Positions 1 through 6,310 of a DNA stretch of 64,000 bases are shown piece after piece (the first letter of the stretch is position 1; each line of letters begins with the position of its first letter). Made by a program: the position numbers and the translations under genes. The stretch spans positions 18,054 to 82,053 of the forward strand of contig PMCS01000031.1 in assembly GCA_003154195.1 (NCBI GenBank). The letters run 5' to 3'. The notes under the pieces were generated by a model. That model made no database searches. It saw only the letters and a list, made by a program, of their open reading frames with translations, and was not told the origin of the DNA. This stretch comes from Candidatus Omnitrophota bacterium (GTDB taxonomy: Bacteria > Omnitrophota > Gorgyraeia > Duberdicusellales > 4484-171).

Positions 1-212
1 GTGTACGATTCCGTCTCCACCGAAGTATTCAAAAACGAAAGCGACGTACTAGAGCTCGAATCGTAATGCTGGCCGGAAATGCTGTCGGAATCCTGCTTTA
101 ATCTTCCCTGATAACCGCGCTTGACATAAACCTGCATTACCAGCAGCGCGCACATGATTATGGCCAAAAATATCGCGTATTCCAACATGCTCTGACTGCC
201 GCGCCATCTCAT
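1..212 (-). CDS. Flp-family pilin paralog, partial (runs off the window start)
   Basis: Manual minus-strand translation from ATG at 212: MRWRGSQSMLEYAIFLAIIMCALLVMQVYVKRGYQGRLKQDSD... with no stop before position 1. It has the same class-III signal/Flp N-terminus (SQSMLEY + hydrophobic helix) as the downstream paralogs. It is absent from the ORF track because it is truncated. Confidence 0.5.
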   Translation of the reverse strand, partial: MRWRGSQSMLEYAIFLAIIMCALLVMQVYVKRGYQGRLKQDSDSISGQHYDSSSSTSLSFLNTSVETESY

Positions 213-370
213 AGAACAACCGCCTTTTTGACAAAATTACCGATATTTTCTTTTAGATGATTATGAAAATTACCCGCCCTCTTTTACCGCCCCGGATCCT
301 TATACAATATTATACCTTTTTTTGGCGCATCGGCAATATCCCTGATCAACCTTTATACCCAAGGGCACCG

Positions 371-883
371 TTAATTAGTAAAAAAATTGTCGTCGGCGAC
401 TACCGTATTGTCTATGCTATCGCCGTGAGCCGTAATGTAGTTCGCGTCCACATCATGCAGGGACGTATAATTCATCTTATTCACCTCTGCCGAAGCGCTG
501 TCAGTCCGGGAACCGGAAGTTACGGTTTGGTTGCCGCCAGTACGCGTGGTTACAGAAAAAGCATTATGAGACATAGTATCTTGTGCGTCCACTGCTACTC
601 CTGCGGCGGAGACGCCGTCCGCGTCGCCACCTATTTTGGCTATTGGACTGTTAGCATTAACGCCGGTACTCTCCGTAATCCCCGATGCTTCCGACACCAC
701 ACGTTGCTTAGTCGTTGTTTCCGTCGCGGAAAATTGTTCGCCCATCCTGCCGGCCGAATCTTTTAACTGCCCCTGGAAACCTCTCTTGACAAATACCTGC
801 ATAACCAGAATTGCCGCTACTACCACAGCGATCAACAAGGCATATTCTAAAATCGATTGCGCTTTTCTTGATTTTACCAACAT
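371..883 (-). CDS. Flp/Fap-family type IVb pilin with extended Ser/Thr-rich C-terminal domain
   Basis: ORF 371..928, trimmed to the internal Met (MLVKSRKAQSILEYALLIAVVVAAIL...). It has the Flp motif (basic leader, Q-S/G, xLEY, hydrophobic helix). An RBS GGAGGTGA lies upstream. Confidence 0.7.
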   Translation of the reverse strand: MLVKSRKAQSILEYALLIAVVVAAILVMQVFVKRGFQGQLKDSAGRMGEQFSATETTTKQRVVSEASGITESTGVNANSPIAKIGGDADGVSAAGVAVDAQDTMSHNAFSVTTRTGGNQTVTSGSRTDSASAEVNKMNYTSLHDVDANYITAHGDSIDNTVVADDNFFTN

Positions 884-1015
884 CCTTCTCACCTCCCTCA
901 ATGAGGCTTCACCGAACGCAAGTCCCACAAGGGACGCCGCGTGAGGTGGTCGCCGAATTTCCCGCCTATGGCGTGATCCCGCTTCCTTAGATATAATTAT
1001 TCAAGGAAGGCGGGA

Positions 1016-1077
1016 GACCCCGACGAGTATCGCAAAAATATCGAAGAGATTTTTGCGATAGTTTACGAGTCGGGGTA
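1016..1077 (-). promoter_or_regulatory. Two-tier conserved hairpin/palindromic motif upstream of a long Flp pilin (copy a)
   Basis: gaCCCCGACgagtATCGCAAAAATatcgaagagATTTTTGCGATagtttacgaGTCGGGGtac; it has inner 11-bp and outer 7-bp inverted repeats. Confidence 0.6.
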
Positions 1078-1108
1078 CGTTTCTCAAACATATTTTCAAT
1101 TAACGACC

Positions 1109-1215
1109 GGCCAGGGCAACGGTGATGATACCCGTATGGGTTAAGGTTATGGCTTTAAAATATTTTTTAAGCCTTAGCCTTTACCCAAACCGGCTTCTTA
1201 ACCCTAGCCTTAACC
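1109..1215. repeat. Palindromic intergenic repeat family A (TTAGGG-like arms), copy 1
   Basis: Left arm GGCCAGGGCAACGGTGATGA..., right arm ...CCAAACCGGCTTCTTAACCCTAGCCTTAACC. The arms are imperfect reverse complements. Confidence 0.65.
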
Positions 1216-1235
1216 ATTTTCACAATACCTGTCTC

Positions 1236-1691
1236 TTATAATTTGTAATCACTCACACCCAGGCTATAATCCGAGCTGGCGTTAAAATCTTCCGCCTCGA
1301 CGTTGTCGGTCTTGGACATTGACTTCACGGTTTGATTGCCGCCGGCTCTTTTCGTTACCGAATACGAACTCTTGCTCGGGTCGCCGGTAATCGTTCCTGC
1401 ATCGGTCACTCTCACCGCAGAGTCGACAAAGTTAGAAAAATTACCGTCCGTCGCTGTTTCTTCCACGATCTGCTGAACATCACCCGGAGTCATGTTGCTC
1501 GTCTGTAAAGTTTTCGTTCCGGTCGCGGAAAATTGCTCGCCCATCCTGCCGGAAGCATCTTTCAACTGCCCCTGAAAACCTCTCTTGACAAATACCTGCA
1601 TAATCAGGATTGCCGCCACCACTACGGCGATCAATAAGGCATATTCTAAGATTGACTGCGCTTTTTTTGATCTTACCAACATCCCTCTCAC
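1236..1691 (-). CDS. Flp-family pilin paralog (long form)
   Basis: MRGMLVRSKKAQSILEYALLIAVVVAAILIMQVFVKRGFQGQLKD... The N-terminal ~50 aa are near-identical to the 371..883 and 1995..2477 paralogs and the C-terminus is variable. Confidence 0.75.
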   Translation of the reverse strand: MRGMLVRSKKAQSILEYALLIAVVVAAILIMQVFVKRGFQGQLKDASGRMGEQFSATGTKTLQTSNMTPGDVQQIVEETATDGNFSNFVDSAVRVTDAGTITGDPSKSSYSVTKRAGGNQTVKSMSKTDNVEAEDFNASSDYSLGVSDYKL

Positions 1692-1757
1692 CCCCTCAAT
1701 GAGGCTTCACCGAACGCAAGTCCCACAAGGGACGCCGCGTGAGGCGGTAGCCGAATT

Positions 1758-1820
1758 GACCCCGACGAGTATCGCAAAAATATCGAAGAGATTTTTGCGA
1801 TAGTTTACGAGTCGGGGTAC
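1758..1820 (-). promoter_or_regulatory. Same hairpin motif (copy b)
   Basis: Near-identical to copy a, located upstream of 1236..1691. Confidence 0.6.
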
Positions 1821-1850
1821 GTTTCTCAAACATATTTTCAATTAACGACC

Positions 1851-1970
1851 GGCCAGGGTAACGGTGATGAGGCCGGTATGAGCTATGGTCAAGGTCATGG
1901 CTTTAAAATATTTTTTAAGCCTTAGCCATCACCTTTACCCAAACTGGCTTCTTAGCCTTAGCCTTAACCC
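1851..1970. repeat. Repeat family A, copy 2
   Basis: Same architecture; it lies between two pilin genes. Confidence 0.65.
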
Positions 1971-1994
1971 AGTATTTACAATACCGCCAACTTA

Positions 1995-2477
1995 CTAATT
2001 CATGTCGAACCTGGAATCAGGGCTATCACCGCCATTAGTGGGTCCGGTAAAATTCATTTTAAAATTTTCCTCGCTGGCCGAATCCGTGGCAGATGACGTA
2101 TTTACGCTTTGTGTGCCGCTGTCCCTGGCGCTTGCGGAATAAGCCCCCTTTTCCAAAACTCCCTCTCCGCTCACATCCCCCATAAGCCTTGGCGTATCTA
2201 TAGCCATGTTGCCGCCCCCCGCACGATCGCTAAAATTGTAATCGGTTGCCGTTTCATCTGTAACATTTTGCCCGGTACTGTTGGTGTGCTGCTTACTCGT
2301 CGAACCGCTGACAGAGAATTGCTCGCCCATCCGGTCGGAAGAGTCTTTTAACTGCCCCTGAAAACCTCTTTTGACAAATACCTGCATGATCAGGATCGCC
2401 GCCACGACCACAGCGATCAATAAAGCATATTCTAAGATTGATTGCGCTTTTTTTGATCTTACCAACATCCCTCTCAC
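1995..2477 (-). CDS. Flp-family pilin paralog (long form)
   Basis: MRGMLVRSKKAQSILEYALLIAVVVAAILIMQVFVKRGFQGQLKD..., with a variable Ser/Thr/Asn-rich C-terminus. Confidence 0.75.
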   Translation of the reverse strand: MRGMLVRSKKAQSILEYALLIAVVVAAILIMQVFVKRGFQGQLKDSSDRMGEQFSVSGSTSKQHTNSTGQNVTDETATDYNFSDRAGGGNMAIDTPRLMGDVSGEGVLEKGAYSASARDSGTQSVNTSSATDSASEENFKMNFTGPTNGGDSPDSRFDMN

Positions 2478-2491
2478 CCCCTCTTAAGAAT

Positions 2492-2611
2492 GGTTAGGGT
2501 AATGGTGATGAGGCCCGTGTGGGTTATGGTTAAGGTAAGGGCTTTAAAGAAATATTTTAAGCCCTAACCATTACCTTTACCCAAACCGGCTTCCTGGCCC
2601 TAGCCTTAACC
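2492..2611. repeat. Repeat family A, copy 3
   Basis: GGTTAGGGTAATGGTGATGAGGCCCGTGTGGGTTATGGTTAAGGTAAGGGC...GCCCTAACCATTACC...CCCTAGCCTTAACCC. Confidence 0.65.
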
Positions 2612-2643
2612 CAGTATTTATATACTGGCCTTACCCGATGAAA

Positions 2644-3084
2644 TCATTGACTCAAATTGCCCACACTGCCTAAAGTCTCTACTTCCACCGATGACGTGAT
2701 TGACGTCTGGTTCTGGATCTTTTCTTCGCCGCCGCCGCGATGCATGACGCTGGTGGAATCACTGCCGGTGATCTGGGTGTTGCGGTATTGCTGGTTGTAG
2801 ATAGAGATGTTGCTCGCAGTATCCCTTAGTCGAGATACCCCCCCTGGGGCCAAAGCATCGATAGCGTCGCCGCTAAAGTCGCTGGAAAGCGCCGACGCAC
2901 CCGCGCCATCCTCTATTCTTGCACCCACCGCAGCATGACCAAGCAAATCCACTGTCTGGGCGCCTTTTTTGCGCATCCCGGCTTTCAGCGCCGCGCCTAA
3001 GACTCCCGTGACCACCGCGATGATCAAGCCTAACGTAATCGCGTATTCCGCTGTTGACTGCGCTTTTCTTAATCTTACAAGCAT
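2644..3084 (-). CDS. Flp-family pilin paralog (long form, conserved C-terminal block)
   Basis: Trimmed to MLVRLRKAQSTAEYAITLGLIIAVVTGVLGAALKAGMRKKGAQTV. The C-terminal ~55 aa (NISIYNQQYRNTQI...VGNL) are shared with the 3844 and 4546 paralogs. Confidence 0.75.
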   Translation of the reverse strand: MLVRLRKAQSTAEYAITLGLIIAVVTGVLGAALKAGMRKKGAQTVDLLGHAAVGARIEDGAGASALSSDFSGDAIDALAPGGVSRLRDTASNISIYNQQYRNTQITGSDSTSVMHRGGGEEKIQNQTSITSSVEVETLGSVGNLSQ

Positions 3085-3187
3085 TATTGTCACCCCCTCA
3101 ATGAACACATTATTTTTTCCCCGCCCCAAGGCGGGACTCCGCTTACACTTCGCAAGCTGAAAGCGCAGAAAAAATAATAGTGTGAAT

Positions 3188-3250
3188 TGATCCCGACGAG
3201 TATCGCAAAAATATCAAAGAGATTTTTGCGATAGTTTACGAGTCGGGATA
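3188..3250 (-). promoter_or_regulatory. Same hairpin motif (copy c)
   Basis: gatCCCGACgagtATCGCAAAAATatcaaagagATTTTTGCGAT...GTCGGGatac, located upstream of 2644..3084. Confidence 0.6.
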
Positions 3251-3310
3251 CATTCAATTACATTTTCAATGAACCGCCACCGACTGAAGTCGATGGTTTT
3301 GGCATAAAAC

Positions 3311-3505
3311 TTACATACCGAAAACCCCCGCGGTCGCGTTATTGGCAGTTTTATTCATCGCCCCGATTACTTTGCTGTAAGTAGAGTTAACCGCCGACTG
3401 GAAACCGCCGGTACGAAACAAAATTACCATGATTACCGCGATAATCGCCGCTAAAAACAAGGTATATTCCAAAACTCCCTGCGCTTTTCTAAACCTTTTC
3501 ATCAT
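3311..3505 (-). CDS. Flp-family pilin, short (64 aa) canonical form
   Basis: MMKRFRKAQGVLEYTLFLAAIIAVIMVILF... This is the classic Flp G-VLEY motif, with the short length typical of Flp. Confidence 0.75.
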   Translation of the reverse strand: MMKRFRKAQGVLEYTLFLAAIIAVIMVILFRTGGFQSAVNSTYSKVIGAMNKTANNATAGVFGM

Positions 3506-3527
3506 TCTCCCCCCCCTTCTTTAAAAT

Positions 3528-3642
3528 GGCCAGGCAACGGTAATGATGCCCGTATGGGCTATGGCTAAGGTCGTGACTGTGAATTCGTATCAACCCTGAC
3601 CATTGCCTTAACCCAAACCGGCTTCCTAGCCCTAACCTTAAC
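3528..3642. repeat. Repeat family A, copy 4
   Basis: Same arms; the central part differs. Confidence 0.6.
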
Positions 3643-3843
3643 CAATCATTATTAAGGTATATTTTCACTCAGCCCCCGCTCCAGGGTAACAACAAACATC
3701 TTATCTTCTGGTTGCTTAAAGTTACAAAAGAATTATGTTTTTATGAAGGTAACCTTAAGCAATTTTCCGTAACTTGGGTAATCTTAAGTAACTTTTACCT
3801 TAAATCCCTGCCGGCTTCTTAACGCCGCCCTTAGCCGATGAAA

Positions 3844-4248
3844 TCATTGAGTCAAGTTGCCCACACTGCCTAAAGTCTCTACTTCCACCGATGACGTGCT
3901 TGATGTCTGGTTCTGGATCTTTTCTTCGCCGCCGCCGCGATGCATGACGCTGGTGGAATCACTGGCGCTGATCTGGGTGTTACGGTACTGCTGGTTGTAG
4001 ATAGAGATGTTGCCGGCGGAGGAGCTTAAAACAACGCCTCCCGAGTCGCCTACCGAGCTTACCGCAATACCAGTACCATCTTCCTTCTCCACCCCGGAAC
4101 CCCCCAACAACTCCACTGTCTGGGCGCCTTTTTTGCGCATCCCGGCTTTCAGGGCCGCGCCTAAGACTCCCGTGACCACCGCGATGATCAAGCCTAAGGT
4201 AATCGCGTATTCCGCTGTTGACTGCGCTTTTCTTAACCTTACCAACAT
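3844..4248 (-). CDS. Flp-family pilin paralog (long form)
   Basis: Trimmed to MLVRLRKAQSTAEY.... The N- and C-terminal blocks are near-identical at nucleotide level to 2644..3084 and 4546..4959, with a divergent middle. Confidence 0.75.
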   Translation of the reverse strand: MLVRLRKAQSTAEYAITLGLIIAVVTGVLGAALKAGMRKKGAQTVELLGGSGVEKEDGTGIAVSSVGDSGGVVLSSSAGNISIYNQQYRNTQISASDSTSVMHRGGGEEKIQNQTSSTSSVEVETLGSVGNLTQ

Positions 4249-4320
4249 CCTTCTCACCCCCTCAATGAGACTTGGCCGAGCGCGCATGCTGCGCATGTGC
4301 AGCGAGGCCGTAGTCGAATT

Positions 4321-4383
4321 GACTCCGGCGAATGTCCTAAAAATATCGAAGAGATTTTCAGGACGGCTTATGAGCCGGAGTAC
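4321..4383 (-). promoter_or_regulatory. Same hairpin motif with compensatory substitutions (copy d)
   Basis: gaCTCCGGCgaatGTCCTAAAAATatcgaagagATTTTCAGGACggcttatgaGCCGGAGtac. Both stems are changed but base pairing is preserved. Confidence 0.6.
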
Positions 4384-4392
4384 ATTAAAAAT

Positions 4393-4540
4393 GGCCAGGG
4401 TAATGGTAATGAGGCCCGTATGGGTTATGGTTAAGGCTGTAAATTCGTATCAGCCCTGACCCTTGCCTTAGCCTAAACCGGCTTCTTAACCCTAACCTTA
4501 ACCTTTTTTCAATACGGGCTTCCTAGCCCTAACCTTAACC
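4393..4540. repeat. Repeat family A, copy 5 (with duplicated right arm)
   Basis: The right arm ...CCTAACCTTAACC occurs twice in tandem. Confidence 0.6.
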
Positions 4541-4545
4541 AATCA

Positions 4546-4959
4546 TCACTCGGTCAAGCAGCCCACACTGCCTAAAGTCTCTACTTCCACCGATGACGTG
4601 CTTGATGTCTGGTTCTGGATCTTTTCTTCGCCGCCGCCGCGATGCATGACGCTGGTGGAATCACTGCCGGTGATCTGGGTGTTACGGTACTGCTGGTTGT
4701 AGATAGAGATGTTGCCGCCGCCGGCTAAATGAATGCCGTTGGTGTTAGTGTCGAGGCCCTCAGCGAGCGCTCGATCGCCGCTATCATCGCCGGTAGCGGC
4801 ATCTTTAAGCAAATCCACTGTCTGGGCGCCTTTTTTGCGCATCCCGGCTTTCAGGGCCGCGCCTAAGACTCCCGTGACCACTGCGATGATCAAGCCTAAA
4901 GTGATCGCGTATTCCGCTGTTGACTGTGCTTTTCTTAACCTTACCAACATCCTTCTCAC
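4546..4959 (-). CDS. Flp-family pilin paralog (long form)
   Basis: MRRMLVRLRKAQSTAEYAITLGLIIAVVTGVLGAALKAGMRKKGAQTVDLL..., with a conserved C-terminal block. Confidence 0.75.
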   Translation of the reverse strand: MRRMLVRLRKAQSTAEYAITLGLIIAVVTGVLGAALKAGMRKKGAQTVDLLKDAATGDDSGDRALAEGLDTNTNGIHLAGGGNISIYNQQYRNTQITGSDSTSVMHRGGGEEKIQNQTSSTSSVEVETLGSVGCLTE

Positions 4960-5020
4960 CCCCTCAATGAGCGCATTATTTTTGAAGCGTTACTATGCTT
5001 CAAAAATAATAGCGCGAATT

Positions 5021-5083
5021 GACCCCGGCGAATGTTCAAAAATTATCGAAGAGAATTTTTGAACGGCTTATGAGCCGGGGTAC
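5021..5083 (-). promoter_or_regulatory. Same hairpin motif with compensatory substitutions (copy e)
   Basis: gaCCCCGGCgaatGTTCAAAAATtatcgaagagaATTTTTGAACggcttatgaGCCGGGGtac. Confidence 0.6.
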
Positions 5084-5113
5084 GTTTCTCAAACATATTC
5101 TCAACTAACGACC

Positions 5114-5322
5114 GGCCCGGGCAATGGTAATGCTCTCCTTCGCTCTTCGAGCTTCGGAGAAGTCTCGCCGAAACCTAGCCATCAAATATGGCTAGGTTTC
5201 GCCTATAAGGCGAACTTCAGCGAAGGCGGAATGCCGGTATGGGTTATGGTTAAGGCTGTAAATTCGTATCAGCCCTGACCCTCGCCTTAGCCTAAACCGG
5301 CTTCTTAACCCTAACCTTAACC
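5114..5322. repeat. Repeat family A, copy 6 with nested GC-rich insertion
   Basis: A inserted module ctccttcgctcttcgagcttcggagaagtctcgccgaa plus a perfect hairpin acctagccatcaaatatggctaggt sits inside the A element. Confidence 0.6.
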
Positions 5323-5363
5323 GAACATTATCCCAATGAACCCCCGTTCATCTGCTGCAAAAC

Positions 5364-5558
5364 TTATTGCGAGAAAACTTCCTTAGTCATCTTATCGGTA
5401 GTATTCCCCATCGCCCCTATTACCTTGCCGTAAGTGGCGTCAAGCGATGTCTGCAAGCCGCCCCTACGGAATAAAATAACCATGGTTACCGCGATAATCG
5501 CCGCTAAAAATAAGGTATATTCCAAAACTCCCTGCGCTTTTCTTAATCTTACCAGCAT
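5364..5558 (-). CDS. Flp-family pilin, short (64 aa)
   Basis: MLVRLRKAQGVLEYTLFLAAIIAVTMVILF..., a paralog of 3311..3505. Confidence 0.75.
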   Translation of the reverse strand: MLVRLRKAQGVLEYTLFLAAIIAVTMVILFRRGGLQTSLDATYGKVIGAMGNTTDKMTKEVFSQ

Positions 5559-5569
5559 CCTTCTCCCCT

Positions 5570-5719
5570 TTATTTCTTATACTCCAACTGCTCCTGGATC
5601 TGTTTTAACTTAGCATTCATCGACCGGGTGATGTATTTATGGGCTATCATCATTGCCGCCATAATCACCACAATCAACATCGCGTAATCCAGCATGCCTT
5701 GCGCTTTTGTTTTTTTCAT
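5570..5719 (-). CDS. Flp-like pilin, divergent short form
   Basis: ORF 5570..5803 trimmed to MKKTKAQGMLDYAMLIVVIMAAMMIAHKY.... Its start codon overlaps the stop of the upstream gene (ATGA). Confidence 0.55.
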   Translation of the reverse strand: MKKTKAQGMLDYAMLIVVIMAAMMIAHKYITRSMNAKLKQIQEQLEYKK

Positions 5720-5943
5720 AATTTTTTGTTCGGATCGGCGTTGTATTTGGGCACATCCATGGTATTGGTAATAAAATATTTTGACGTTCGGAAATGATTC
5801 CATAATTTTTGCTTGATTAAGTCGTTAAACTTACTGCCGGCGGCGACAAACATTATCACCATCAAAGCAGTGAGAATAATATATTCAAGCATGCTCTGGC
5901 TGCGCCGCAATACCGGTAATCCTGAATCAATTATTTTGGCCAT
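5716..5943 (-). CDS. Flp-like pilin, divergent form
   Basis: ORF 5716..6057 trimmed to MAKIIDSGLPVLRRSQSMLEYIILTALMVIMFVAAG.... It has the SQSMLEY motif and a hydrophobic helix. Confidence 0.5.
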   Translation of the reverse strand: MAKIIDSGLPVLRRSQSMLEYIILTALMVIMFVAAGSKFNDLIKQKLWNHFRTSKYFITNTMDVPKYNADPNKKL

Positions 5944-6310
5944 AGTCGCCGTAGTAAACCCCGTTAGAGGACTTTGTTCCTTCACCCCGATAGGAAATTC
6001 TTTTCTAACGAGGCAAGCGGCGCCGGCAAAAAAACAAAACTCTATACCTCCAGACATGGATATAGCTACCCCTTCTCTCCGCTTGCCGGAGCCTGCCCCT
6101 TAGCTGCCTCCCCTACCATCATAAATATACCACAATCACTACGTTGAATTCAAGCTAATAAATGCGAAATTGAAATGATTTTGAAACCGTTTCCAATAAT
6201 ACTATTTTAACCCGGAAAATACCTTCCGCCAGCATTTTATTTATACGCGTTTGCCTTGAGTTATGTTACAAACGCCGTGCTTACCCCCCAAAATACGGGC
6301 ATTTTTCCGG

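Noticed and set aside
49-234. ORF-track 61-aa minus-strand ORF (MSKRRLFYEMARQ...)
   Set aside because: It overlaps, in a different frame, the partial Flp pilin reading frame. That frame shows clear family conservation (SQSMLEY + hydrophobic helix). The listed ORF has no recognisable features and is most likely spurious.
257-944. Plus-strand ORFs (169 aa and 102 aa) antisense to the pilin gene 371..883; similar antisense ORFs occur throughout (e.g. 8045..8512, 12880..13695, 24020..24815)
   Set aside because: They overlap well-supported minus-strand genes and have low-complexity or repeat-like translations. They are typical shadow ORFs of GC-skewed coding regions.
1691-1760. Sigma-54 (-24/-12) promoter upstream of pilin genes (GTGGGACTTGCGTTCGG)
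   Set aside because: The GG-N10-GC spacing does not fit TGGCAC-N5-TTGC. A weak sigma-70-like TTGAGA-N16-TAAACT is present in some copies but is not conserved in all, so no promoter call was made.
1109-5322. TTAGGG-containing repeats as actual telomeres or a linear replicon end
   Set aside because: The copies are internal, interspersed between genes, palindromic and degenerate rather than tandem hexamer arrays. They fit a REP/MITE-like family, not telomeric tracts.
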